Assembly: GCA_963755715.1 (NCBI GenBank)
Contig: CAVWLW010000059.1
Coordinates: forward strand, 32,001 to 96,000
Direction: 5' to 3'
From: an uncultured delta proteobacterium
GTDB lineage: Bacteria; Desulfobacterota; Binatia; UBA9968
Length of the DNA: 64,000 bases
A program made the position numbers and the translations under genes. The notes below the pieces were generated by a model. It had not been told where the DNA came from. It made no database searches and saw only the letters and a program-made list of their open reading frames with translations. How positions within the stretch are numbered: position 1 is the first letter of the stretch; each line of letters opens with the position of its first letter. Below, piece by piece: positions 41,245 through 50,844 of this stretch.

Positions 41245-41664
41245 TCACCCGGCCAACTCAAAGCACGGCAGTTTAATTTTTGGGTCATGCGTCTCTTGGA
41301 ACACTGCTTTGACGCGGTCGCCCATTTTTACTTTTTCTTTCGAGTCCCCGACCAACCTGCTTTCGATGATCACGCCTTCGTCTAAAATTACATTGATATA
41401 GTAAATCGGCGTCTCGTCTTTGAACGCCGGATTGCGCGGCACGCGGACCAAAGTGAAGGTGTGCACTTTGCCGGTGCCTTTGGACTCGATCCAGTCGAGC
41501 TCGCCGAAACAATCGACGCAGGCGACGCGCGGGAAAAATTGCACCTTGCCGCAGCTCTTGCACTTTTGCAGCAAAAGCTTGCCGCCGGCAGCGCCTTCCC
41601 AGAACGGTTGATCGACTTTATTGACTTTCGGAAGACTTTTCTGCGGCGTTCTTGCTTCAGCCAT
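41245..41664 (-). CDS. DUF35 Zn-ribbon/OB-fold protein
   Basis: 'PFWEGA', 'CKSCG...FPRVACVDC', 'GTGKVHTFT'. Confidence 0.9.
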   Translation of the reverse strand: MAEARTPQKSLPKVNKVDQPFWEGAAGGKLLLQKCKSCGKVQFFPRVACVDCFGELDWIESKGTGKVHTFTLVRVPRNPAFKDETPIYYINVILDEGVIIESRLVGDSKEKVKMGDRVKAVFQETHDPKIKLPCFELAG

Positions 41665-42815
41665 TATTTTCTCCTTTCCATGACCAGCGCCGCGGTCGTG
41701 CCGAGATTGCGGCCGTAGTTGAGCCAACCGATCCCGGTGACCAGGGCACGCTCGGCTTTGTTCACTTGATGCCCCTCCGCTTCGCCTCTCAACTGGCGCA
41801 GCGCCTCGACGATGTGGAGATAGCCGCCCGCCAAGCCCGCCTGGCCGACCGATAATTCGCCGCCGCCCGTGTTCACGGGAAAATCACCCTTATACGTCAA
41901 ATCGTGCGCGTCGACGAATTTTCCACCGTCGCCCTTTTTGCAGTAACCGAGATCTTCGATTTGGATCATCACCGCGATCGGATAGTCGTCGTAGATTTCA
42001 AACAAGTCGATGTCTTCGCGCTTGATCTCGGAAAAAATTCGCTCGCCGACAACCTTTTGGCCGAAGGTCGTTTTGTCGGGCAACATGTTGGCCACTTGAT
42101 AGTGCGAGATCTCGGCGTCGGTCACGAGGTAAACGAGCTTGTCGGTAATCTGTTTGGCTTTTTCTTCGGACGCCAGGAGAATGCACTCCGCGCCGGAGCA
42201 AGGCATCACGCAATCGAACAGGCGAATCGGGTCGGAAATCATCCGCGAGTTGAGATAATCCTGCATGCTCATGGGCTCGCGAAACAGCGCCTGTGGATTA
42301 TTGATCGCATTAAAGCGCTGCGCGATGGCGATCTTGCCGATCTGTTCGAGGGTGGTGCCGTAGTTGGCCATGTGCAATCGCTGAATCAGCGCCATTAAGG
42401 AATTCGGCCCGCCAAAGCCGAACACATCGACGAAGTTGCCGCGCTGGTATTCCAATTGCCGCTGCGTCGGCGTGCTCCGATCGAAGGAATTGCCGCCGAC
42501 CAAGACGGCCAGGTCGAGGTGGCCGCATTCGATGGCGTCCGCCGCCCGTCTGATGCTCATGACGCCGCCAGCGCCACCGTAGTCGCCATTCAATACCCAA
42601 TCGACTTCCAGGCCCAACTGTTCCGCTACATGCGGCGAGTAGTCAGGGCTCGCTTGGGTGGTAATCGAGAATCCGCGAATTTCTTTTTTGTCGAGCCCCG
42701 TCTGGCGCAGCGCGTCGCGGATCGCATCGGCGTAGTACGAAAGCGCCGACGCTTCGGACTTGCGCGAATACTCCGTCGAACCGTAGCCGACAAAACAAAC
42801 TTTCTTCCTGCGCAT
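41664..42815 (-). CDS. SCP2-type thiolase family protein
   Basis: 'NPQALFREP', 'SDPIRLFDC', 'EIYDDY', 'PVNTGGGELS', 'VEALRQLRG'; coupled to the DUF35 gene. Confidence 0.88.
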   Translation of the reverse strand: MRRKKVCFVGYGSTEYSRKSEASALSYYADAIRDALRQTGLDKKEIRGFSITTQASPDYSPHVAEQLGLEVDWVLNGDYGGAGGVMSIRRAADAIECGHLDLAVLVGGNSFDRSTPTQRQLEYQRGNFVDVFGFGGPNSLMALIQRLHMANYGTTLEQIGKIAIAQRFNAINNPQALFREPMSMQDYLNSRMISDPIRLFDCVMPCSGAECILLASEEKAKQITDKLVYLVTDAEISHYQVANMLPDKTTFGQKVVGERIFSEIKREDIDLFEIYDDYPIAVMIQIEDLGYCKKGDGGKFVDAHDLTYKGDFPVNTGGGELSVGQAGLAGGYLHIVEALRQLRGEAEGHQVNKAERALVTGIGWLNYGRNLGTTAALVMERRK

Positions 42816-42834
42816 GGTTGCTCCTTTCAGTCGC

Positions 42835-42913
42835 AGGCAGTAGGCAACAGGCATTAGGCAATAGTTAAGAGCAAACTGCCGAAACTCTTACTATTGCCTG
42901 TTGCCTATTGCCT
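42835..42913. repeat. Heptamer inverted-repeat hairpin (AGGCAAT/ATTGCCT units)
   Basis: aggcagtaggcaacaggcattaggcaatag...ctattgcctgttgcctattgcct contains the upstream stop codon; half copy at 37153-37179. Confidence 0.8.
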
Positions 42914-44028
42914 CAAGAATTTCTCCCCCACCGCCCGATCCAATTCTTCTTCCCGGCCGTACAAGAGACGCATCAGGCGCGCCTCGCGGTAAAACCCTTC
43001 AAAGGGAAATTCCTTGCACACGCCGTAGCCGCCGTGAATTTGAATCGCCGTATCGGCGGCGTTGAATGCCATTTTGGCCGCTCGCTTCTTCGCCAGCGCA
43101 GCTTCTTCGAAATAGGTCAGCTCTTGATCACACCGCCAAGCGGCTTCGACCGTCAGCCACGTGCAAGTCCTGATCTCCAACGACAGATCCGCCAGCATCC
43201 ACTGAATCGCTTGGCGCTCGGCCAAGCGGCGGCCGAAACGTCACGCGGTTGCGCGCATGCTCGATGCTGCTGGCCAGGCAACGCATAGCAATGCCTAACG
43301 ACCGCGCCGCGATGTTCAATTGTTCGGCGGCGATGATCTCGACCGCCTTCGTATTCGTAGCCGTGTAATTGTTCATTGGGGATTTTGCACTGCTGCAGCA
43401 TGAGCCGCGCCACCGTCGCATCGGTGGTGAGCTCGACTTCATCGGCGATGGTCACTCCCGGCGTATCGCGCTCGATGACAAAGAGCCCCAAACGCTGGGT
43501 GCCTTGCTCGCGCGCCGGGAACAAGAACAAATCAGCCCGAGGTTGTGAAACAAAAATGGAAGAGTCGCGCAATATACAGCCGTCGGGCTCCTGCCGATAG
43601 AGAGTCTTGAGTCGGCTGAACTCGCCGGTCTTGTGCGCTTCTTCGAACGCCAGCGCCAGCGACATCGTGCCAGCGGCCAGTCTTTCGCCGTAATGGGTTG
43701 CGAATATGAACGCCGGAATAGAAATCGGTCGAAAGGGCAGGATGGAACGGCCAAATTCACGATGAATCAATACACGAGCGACGGCGCTGGTTGGCGATCC
43801 ACCAAAATTCTGCGGCAACTCCAATGTCCACAAGCCAACCTGGCGCGCGCGCTGCGTCAACTCTTTTTGCACCTGGGGATCAAGATCGCGTTTGGCCGGA
43901 GCACCGGGCGGAAGAAACGGCGCCTGCTGCCTCAAGTAGTCGCCTTCGCGGGCGATTAATTCCTTGTCGACAAACTGCGCCGCCGTGTCCTTAATCAGCT
44001 TCTCTTCTTCAGTGAGCTTGAGATCCAT
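42905..44028 (-). CDS. Degenerate acyl-CoA dehydrogenase (probable non-catalytic subunit), frameshifted near 43345 and 43235
   Basis: 'MDLKLTEEE', 'RNRVTF', 'QAIQWMLAD', 'AIQIHGGYG' in three frames; lacks the EPxxGSD and IxEG motifs. Confidence 0.75.
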
Positions 44029-44039
44029 AGAGTTAACTC

Positions 44040-44119
44040 AGGCACGAGGCGAAAGGCGTGAGGCGTGAGAAATCCAAATTTCTTCTCCTCTCGCGCCTCA
44101 AGCCTCACGCCTCGTGCCT
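44040..44119. repeat. Heptamer inverted-repeat hairpin (AGGCGTG/CACGCCT units)
   Basis: aggcacgaggcgaaaggcgtgaggcgtgag...ctcgcgcctcaagcctcacgcctcgtgcct, abutting a stop codon. Confidence 0.8.
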
Positions 44120-45315
44120 CATTGCAGTTCCAATGACCCGACTCCTTCGCGAAAGAGCGCGCGCTGAATGATATGCCTTTGAATTTCCGAAGGCCCTTCG
44201 ACGATGCGGGTCGCCCGCGCATGACGAAAGGTTCGCGCCAGCGTGTGATTCTTGCGCAGTCCCGACGGTCCGGCGATTTCCAAAGCGAAATCCGTTATCC
44301 GGTGCAAAAGCTCCGTGGCAAATAATTTTACATTCGCCGCCTCGGCACGCACGTCCATTTTTTGATCGGCTTTCCAGGCGCCGAGATAAGTCAACGTGTG
44401 CAGCGCTTCGATTTCACCGAGAAAATGGCCGACCTTGCCGGCGATTTCCTCGGCGTCCTTGGCCTCGTGGCGCACCAACTCACGCACGACGCGAAGCACA
44501 CGCTGGCACTTGCCATGGGCGCGGATACCGACTTGAAAGCGCCGAGCGCCGAGCCATGCCTGATTGAGCGCCCAGCCGTTGCCGACTTCGCCGACCACTT
44601 GCGATTTATGCACCCGGCAATCTTCGAACACCAGTTCGCACGGCTCGGTGCCGCCGATCGTCGCAATGCTGCGCGCGATCCGGTAGCCCGGCGTTCCGGT
44701 GTCGATGAGAAAACAGGTTACGCCTTCGCGCCCCGCGGTTCCCGGCAATCGCGCAAAGAGTTGCACGAAGTCGGCGACATCGGCGAAGGTCGGAAACATC
44801 TTCGTGCCATTAATGATAAAATCATCGCCATCGGGTGTCGCCGTCGTTTGCATCATCGATGGATCCGCCCCCGAAGCCGGCTCGCTGAGGCCGAAGGCCG
44901 AGGTTTTCTCGCCGCGAATACAGGGCCAAAGATATTTATCGACCTGTTCGCTTTTGCAGTTATAAAGGATGTTCGAGACATGATTGCCGAGCTCGAAGGG
45001 AATGGCACTTTTTTCCAGCTCTTCGGTAACCGCGATCAGAGCAACGTTGCTGACTTCCAGACCGCCATATTCTTTTGGCACATCGAGGTGCCACAGCCCT
45101 TTGGCTGCAGCCTTTTTTTCAAGTTCTTCCATCATCGCGACATAACGCTGGATCTCCGCATCCTGGCTCGATTTCACCCGACTTCGCCAACGGCTGCCTT
45201 CAAAAATATCCGGCGCGTTGGCGAATTCGGACTCCAACGGAATGAGCTCCGTGACGACAAACTCATGCACGGCTTTACGGAGCCCTTCTTCTTCAGCGGA
45301 CAGACGAAAATCCAT
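44119..45315 (-). CDS. Acyl-CoA dehydrogenase
   Basis: 'FGLSEPASGAD', 'INGTKMF', 'RIVEGPSEIQR'. Confidence 0.9.
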   Translation of the reverse strand: MDFRLSAEEEGLRKAVHEFVVTELIPLESEFANAPDIFEGSRWRSRVKSSQDAEIQRYVAMMEELEKKAAAKGLWHLDVPKEYGGLEVSNVALIAVTEELEKSAIPFELGNHVSNILYNCKSEQVDKYLWPCIRGEKTSAFGLSEPASGADPSMMQTTATPDGDDFIINGTKMFPTFADVADFVQLFARLPGTAGREGVTCFLIDTGTPGYRIARSIATIGGTEPCELVFEDCRVHKSQVVGEVGNGWALNQAWLGARRFQVGIRAHGKCQRVLRVVRELVRHEAKDAEEIAGKVGHFLGEIEALHTLTYLGAWKADQKMDVRAEAANVKLFATELLHRITDFALEIAGPSGLRKNHTLARTFRHARATRIVEGPSEIQRHIIQRALFREGVGSLELQ

Positions 45316-45429
45316 AGTCAGCAGTTCTTTAATAGTGCTAGTGAAGCAAAGCGTCTATCGGGCTCCCCTATTTCAACGACAGACTACGCCCATTTATCAC
45401 ACCTCGCGCCGGCAACGAAAGAGCAAACA

Positions 45430-45458
45430 TTGACCGATCACGCGTCTCTGTGCTAAGC
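45430..45458 (+). promoter_or_regulatory. Putative sigma70 promoter of the tct locus
   Basis: TTGACC-N15-TGCTAAGC, same spacing as the promoters at 4726 and 12878. Confidence 0.45.
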
Positions 45459-45598
45459 GGGAAGCCAAGTTGGAACTAACAACCGCGCCGATCAGTGCGA
45501 AGCCGCCATAGACGAATGGAAAGAACTTTGCTAGATTCCGCTGCGCCCGGAACTGGGGCCTTCAATCAACGCCAGGAAAGGTTCGGGAGGATTATCCC

Positions 45599-46087
45599 TT
45601 GAAGATTAGACCTGCGGCAATTTTTAGTTTTTGTGCGCTGATATTTTTCTGCGTCTTCGTTTACCAGGCGCGAGAGTGGCGCATGCAGGCTCGACTCTAT
45701 CCGTTCGCCATCGGCATTCCGATGATTATCTTCGCCATCATTCAAGTCATCTTCGACCTGAGAGGCATCGAAAGTAAAGCTGATGACGGCGCTGCTCCGG
45801 TAGACTTCCAAATGAGTCGAACCGTCGCGCCCGATGTCGCCTTCAAGCGCACCGTAAACATTTTTTCATGGTTCTTCGCATTTTTCTTCGGCTGTTGGTT
45901 AGTCGGTTTTACGATTACGATCCCGGTCATAGTCTTCTCGTACATGTATTTCCACGGCAAAGAAAAACTCTGGTTCTCGGCCACTCTAACGGTGGTTGCT
46001 TTTATCTTTTTTTATTCCCTGTTCGTTAGACTGCTCAACCTGCCATTTCCTGACGGCGCGATTCAGACTTGGCTAGGTTGGGTATAA
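45599..46087 (+). CDS. tctB: Tripartite tricarboxylate transporter small subunit TctB
   Basis: 162 aa, about 4-5 TM helices, C-terminal 'LFVRLLNLPFPDG'; TctC/TctA context. Confidence 0.8.
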   Translation: MKIRPAAIFSFCALIFFCVFVYQAREWRMQARLYPFAIGIPMIIFAIIQVIFDLRGIESKADDGAAPVDFQMSRTVAPDVAFKRTVNIFSWFFAFFFGCWLVGFTITIPVIVFSYMYFHGKEKLWFSATLTVVAFIFFYSLFVRLLNLPFPDGAIQTWLGWV

Positions 46088-46226
46088 CTTGGATCGCAGA
46101 GGTGTAACCACTTTCTGAGACCGACAAACGGCGCTTCACCTACCATCAAACCCGGCGGGTCCGCGCGCTTCCAAGCTCGCACCGCCTTTTTTAACACTGC
46201 CTTCCTAACCTTGTTCCGCGGAGGTC

Positions 46227-47288
46227 GTGACGATGACCCTGAGCAGGCGTCGGACGTTTAAAGCTTTTCTGATTACCGCCCTGCTATTTTTCGCTAACTC
46301 GCTTTCCCTCCGCGCCCAAAACGATTCCTTCTACAATGGCAGAACAGTTCGCATCATCGTCGGCTCGACGCCCGGCGGCTTTTACGATCGCTGGGCTCGG
46401 CTGCTTTCCCGTTACATCCCCAAATATATTGCCGGCAATCCAAACTTCGTCGTGCAGAATATGCCGGGCGCCAGCTCGGTCGTGGCCGCCAACTACGTTT
46501 ACAACTTGCCTAAGCCGGACGGGCTCACGGTGGTCATGCCCATCAATAGCTTGCATCTCGACCAGATCGTCGGCCGCCAAGAAGTAAAGTACGACATGCG
46601 CAAGTTTGAATACATCGGGAGTCAAGAAAAGACGCCGACGATGATGTACTTTCGCGCCGACAGTCCGATCAAGTCGCTCGCCGATATCATTCAAGCCAAG
46701 GAGCCGCCGAAATGCGGCTCCACTGGCACGGCCAGCACCGCGTATATCGTATCGAAACTTTTGATCGAAGCATTCAAGGCGCGGACCATCAGCGTGACCG
46801 GCTATCAAGGCGGCAGTGAGATCGACCTCGCGGTTGAACGCGGCGAGCTGGTTTGCCGCGAGATGGACGTGCCGCCGCACTTCGGCCGCGAGCCTTTCGA
46901 CGGTTGGCATAGGAAAGGCTTTGACCGGCATATTTTTCAAGGCGGACCCAAGCGCGATCCGCGCCTGGCCGACGTCCCGACCCTTTTCGAACTGTTGGAC
47001 CAACACAAATCACCGGCGATCATGCGCAATCTAACGCGTATCGTTTTAGCCAGCGGCGAGTTTGGCCGCCCGATGATGGCCGGCCCGGGCGTGCCACGGG
47101 ATCGGATCAAAACCCTGCGCGACGCCTACGGGAAAGCGATGCGCGACCCAAGCTTGATCGACGAGGCGAAAAAGGGCCAGATGGATATGGAATATACGCC
47201 CGGCGAAGAACTCCAAGCGCAGATCAAAGAGCTTTTGAATCAGCCGCACGAGGTCGTCGATCTCGTCAAGAAAATTCTCTCCGACTAG
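46227..47288 (+). CDS. tctC: TctC/Bug substrate-binding protein, array copy 1
   Basis: 'FYNGRTV', 'PGGFYDRWARLL', 'QNMPGA', 'EIDLAVERGE'. Confidence 0.9.
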   Translation: MTMTLSRRRTFKAFLITALLFFANSLSLRAQNDSFYNGRTVRIIVGSTPGGFYDRWARLLSRYIPKYIAGNPNFVVQNMPGASSVVAANYVYNLPKPDGLTVVMPINSLHLDQIVGRQEVKYDMRKFEYIGSQEKTPTMMYFRADSPIKSLADIIQAKEPPKCGSTGTASTAYIVSKLLIEAFKARTISVTGYQGGSEIDLAVERGELVCREMDVPPHFGREPFDGWHRKGFDRHIFQGGPKRDPRLADVPTLFELLDQHKSPAIMRNLTRIVLASGEFGRPMMAGPGVPRDRIKTLRDAYGKAMRDPSLIDEAKKGQMDMEYTPGEELQAQIKELLNQPHEVVDLVKKILSD

Positions 47289-47321
47289 CTTGGCATCGGA
47301 CTTAGAATGGAGAAATCGAGG

Positions 47322-48377
47322 ATGGTTAATTGCAAGATACATAGAATTTTGCCCGCTCTCCTGGTCATCGCTTGGCTGCTTTGCGCAAACTCATTGACCC
47401 AAGCCCAAAGCGAACCTTTCTACAATGGCAAGACCGTTCGCATCATCGTCGGTTTTACTCCCGGCGGCTTTTACGACCGTTGGGCGCGCTTGCTGTCACG
47501 CTACATGCCTAAATACATTCCCGGCAATCCTAATTTCATTGTGCAGAACATGCCCGGCGCCAGCTCGGTGATTGCCGCCAACTATGTTTATAATCTTGCG
47601 AAGGCCGACGGCTTAACGATCCTGGTGCCAATCAACAGTTTGTATCTGGATCAAATAGTCGGCCGCAAAGAAGTCAAGTTCGACGTGCGCAAGTTTGAAT
47701 TCATCGGCACCCAAGAAAAAGCGCCGACCCTGCTTTACTTCCGTGCCGACAGTCCGTTCAAAACCCTTGATGATATCATCAAGGCCAAGGAGCCGCCGAA
47801 GTGCGGATCGACGGGCACCGCGAGCACCGGCTATTTGCTCGCCAAAATCATGGACGAGGCGTTCAAAGCGAAACTCAACACCGTCAGTGGCTATCAGGGC
47901 GGCGCCGAAATCGATGTTGCGGTCGAGCGCGGCGAGATCATCTGCCGCGGCATGGACATCCCGCCGCACTTCGGCCGTGAGCCCTTCGACAGCTGGCACA
48001 AGAAAGGTTTCGACCGCCATATCCTTCAAAGCGGGCCAAAACGCGATCCGCGCATGGGCGATGCGCCGACATTGTTCGAGCTGATGGATCAATTCAAAAC
48101 TCCCGCGGTGATGCGCGGCGTCGCACGGGTGATTATGGCAAGCGGCGATTTTGGCCGACCCATGTTGATTGGACCCGGCAATCCACCGGATCGGGTAAAA
48201 ATACTTCGCGAAGCCTACGCCAAGGCAATGCACGACCCCGGACTAATCGACGAAGCAAAAAAAAGTCAAATGGACATGGAGCACACACCGGGTGAAGACC
48301 TTCAAACGCTGATGAAAGAGTTAATGAATCAACCGCGCGACGTCATCGACCGGGTGAAAAACGTTCTCGCCGACTAG
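47322..48377 (+). CDS. tctC: TctC/Bug substrate-binding protein, array copy 2
   Basis: Close paralog of copy 1. Confidence 0.9.
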   Translation: MVNCKIHRILPALLVIAWLLCANSLTQAQSEPFYNGKTVRIIVGFTPGGFYDRWARLLSRYMPKYIPGNPNFIVQNMPGASSVIAANYVYNLAKADGLTILVPINSLYLDQIVGRKEVKFDVRKFEFIGTQEKAPTLLYFRADSPFKTLDDIIKAKEPPKCGSTGTASTGYLLAKIMDEAFKAKLNTVSGYQGGAEIDVAVERGEIICRGMDIPPHFGREPFDSWHKKGFDRHILQSGPKRDPRMGDAPTLFELMDQFKTPAVMRGVARVIMASGDFGRPMLIGPGNPPDRVKILREAYAKAMHDPGLIDEAKKSQMDMEHTPGEDLQTLMKELMNQPRDVIDRVKNVLAD

Positions 48378-48400
48378 TCTGACAGGATAAGGAGATCTCC

Positions 48401-49453
48401 ATGATTGCGGGAAAATACGCCAAACAGATTTTTCTCTGCTGCGCTTTGACTTGGAATCTTCTCGGCGCCGGCAACGTCAAAGCGCAAAACGAACCCTTCT
48501 ACCAAGGTAAGACCGTCCGCATCGTCGTCGGCCTGACGCCGGGCGGGTTCTACGATCGCTGGGCGCGGCTCCTCGCCCGTTTCATGCCGTTATACATTCC
48601 GGGAAATCCTAACTTCATAGTGCAGAACATGGCGGGCGCGGGATCGATGATCGCGATGAACCATATTTACGGCGTCGCCAAAGCCGACGGCCTTACCCTC
48701 GGGATGCCAAACTATGGCGTCTATCTCGACCAACTCGCGGGGCGCAAAGAAGTCCGCTTCGACGTCACCAAGATGCATTACATCGGCTCGCCGGAGAAGA
48801 GCGATATCGTGCTTTACGCGCGCGCCGACGCCCCCTTCAAGACCCTCCAGGACATGAGAAAACTCTCCGAGCCGCCCAAGTGCGGTGCCAGTGGCACAGC
48901 CAGCGCCGATTACCTGATCGCCAAAGTGCTCGAAGACACCCTCGGAGTGAAAATCAATTCGGTCGTAGGATACGCCGGCGGCAGCGAAATCGACATCGCC
49001 GTGGAGAAAGGCGAAGTGCTTTGCCGCGGCATGACCATCGCTCCCCACTTTGGCCGCGAGCCCTTCGACAGTTGGCACAAGAAAAACTTCGATCGTCACA
49101 TCGTCCAAACCGCGGAGAAGCGCGATCCGCGCATCGGCGACGTGCCGACCATTTACGAGATCTTCGAAAAAGAAAATACCCCCGATGAGAGCCGCCGGGT
49201 CGCCGATGTGATTTTGCGCGGCGGCGACTTTGGCCGCCCGATGCTCGTGGGCCCGGGCACGCCGGTCGACCGGGTGAATATTCTGCGCGAGGCTTACGTC
49301 AAATCGATAAATAATCCGGAGCTCATCGCCGAAGCCAAAAAAACCCGCATGGACATGGAGCCGGTCAGCGGTGAGCAGCTGCAAGCCTTGGCAAAACGAG
49401 TGATGAATCAACCCCCTGCCGTACTCAAGCGCGTCAAGAAAATTCTTGAATAA
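48401..49453 (+). CDS. tctC: TctC/Bug substrate-binding protein, array copy 3
   Basis: 'PGGFYDRWARLL', 'PHFGREPFDSW'. Confidence 0.9.
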   Translation: MIAGKYAKQIFLCCALTWNLLGAGNVKAQNEPFYQGKTVRIVVGLTPGGFYDRWARLLARFMPLYIPGNPNFIVQNMAGAGSMIAMNHIYGVAKADGLTLGMPNYGVYLDQLAGRKEVRFDVTKMHYIGSPEKSDIVLYARADAPFKTLQDMRKLSEPPKCGASGTASADYLIAKVLEDTLGVKINSVVGYAGGSEIDIAVEKGEVLCRGMTIAPHFGREPFDSWHKKNFDRHIVQTAEKRDPRIGDVPTIYEIFEKENTPDESRRVADVILRGGDFGRPMLVGPGTPVDRVNILREAYVKSINNPELIAEAKKTRMDMEPVSGEQLQALAKRVMNQPPAVLKRVKKILE

Positions 49454-49721
49454 GAAACTGAAATCTGCGGAACAACGGATCGTCGGCGTTCCCGGTCAAA
49501 AAGACGACAGCACATGAGGGCCGCATCCTTGCACTAAGCTATCTTGCGCATAGACCGCCCCCTCTACACGTAGACACCGAACCACGAAGGCCCAACTGAT
49601 TTTGCAGCAGCCGCTGGAAGTCTTAGCGCGAGTCCAAAAGATTCGGCAGCTAGTTGACTAAGACTTTAGTTGTGGCAGATTCATCGGGACGAATTATTAA
49701 TTTCAGGAGGTTTTTGTAGTA

Positions 49722-50753
49722 ATGACAAATCGCTGGCTTTTTCTCTTTGTTTTTCTGCTGACCGCAGCTTCGGCGCAAGCGCAGACGCCGTTCTACCAGG
49801 GCAAGACCATCACGATCATTGTCGGCACCAAAACGGGCGACGCCTACGATCTTTATCCGCGCATGCTTGCCGAGTTCATGCCAAAGTACATTCCCGGCAA
49901 TCCGAACATCATCATCCAGAACGTGCCCGGCGCCGCGTCGATGATCGCGGCCAATCAGGTTTACAGTGTGAACAAACCGGATGGATTGACGATCGGCGCC
50001 ATCTATCCGGCGCTCTACTTTGAGCAACTCACCAAAAAGCCGGAAGTGAGATTCGACTGGACAAAATTCGGCTGGGTCGGCAACCCGGTCACTTCGAACC
50101 ATTTGCTGTACATGCGTTCCGACGCTCCCTATAAATCGATGGACGACATCCGCAGCGCATCCACGGCGCCCAAGTGCGGCTCCAACGGCATTACTTCCAC
50201 CGGTTATTACTTACCCAAATTGATGGAAGAAACCCTCGGCACGAAGTTCGACATCGTCTTGGGCTATCAGTCCGGCCAAGACGTCGATCTCGCCGTCGAG
50301 CGGGGCGAAGTCGTTTGCCGCGCTTTTACCATCACGGCTTATTTCGCGCGCGAGCCCTTTATCTCTTGGCGCAAGCGAGGTTTCGTCAACGCCTTGATGC
50401 AGAGCGGCCTGAAGCGCGAGTCCAGACTGAAAGACGCGCCGACGATCTATGAGCTCATGGACAAGTACAAGACCAATGCCGCCGGCAGAAGCTTAGCGAA
50501 GGTTGTTTTAGCCGCCGGTGAGTTTGGCCGCCCGCTCGTCGTAGCTCCCGGCGTGCCCGCCGATCGCTTGAAGATCTTGCGCGACGCCTTCGACAAATCG
50601 GTGAGTGATCCAGCATTGCTGGCAACCGCCGAAAAGCGGCGCCTGGAGATGGACCCCGCTTCCGGCAGCGAACTCGAGTCGCTGGCAAAAGAGGTCATGG
50701 CCGCCACACCCGACGTAGTGCAGCGTATGGAGAAATTGCTGAGCGGCAAGTAA
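49722..50753 (+). CDS. tctC: TctC/Bug substrate-binding protein, array copy 4
   Basis: 'GTKTGDAYDLYPR', 'YFAREPFISW'; AGGAGG RBS. Confidence 0.9.
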   Translation: MTNRWLFLFVFLLTAASAQAQTPFYQGKTITIIVGTKTGDAYDLYPRMLAEFMPKYIPGNPNIIIQNVPGAASMIAANQVYSVNKPDGLTIGAIYPALYFEQLTKKPEVRFDWTKFGWVGNPVTSNHLLYMRSDAPYKSMDDIRSASTAPKCGSNGITSTGYYLPKLMEETLGTKFDIVLGYQSGQDVDLAVERGEVVCRAFTITAYFAREPFISWRKRGFVNALMQSGLKRESRLKDAPTIYELMDKYKTNAAGRSLAKVVLAAGEFGRPLVVAPGVPADRLKILRDAFDKSVSDPALLATAEKRRLEMDPASGSELESLAKEVMAATPDVVQRMEKLLSGK

Positions 50754-50844
50754 ACCGCAGCACCGGTATCCCTCGAGGTTGTTGCATCACGGCAACCTTG
50801 AGGGTTATGGTTCGGGCAAATTTTCGGCGGGAAGGGGAAACACT

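Noticed and set aside
45460-45598. Riboswitch or sRNA in the tctB leader (also 49454-49721)
   Set aside because: No recognisable Rfam consensus by eye; an Infernal search would be needed.
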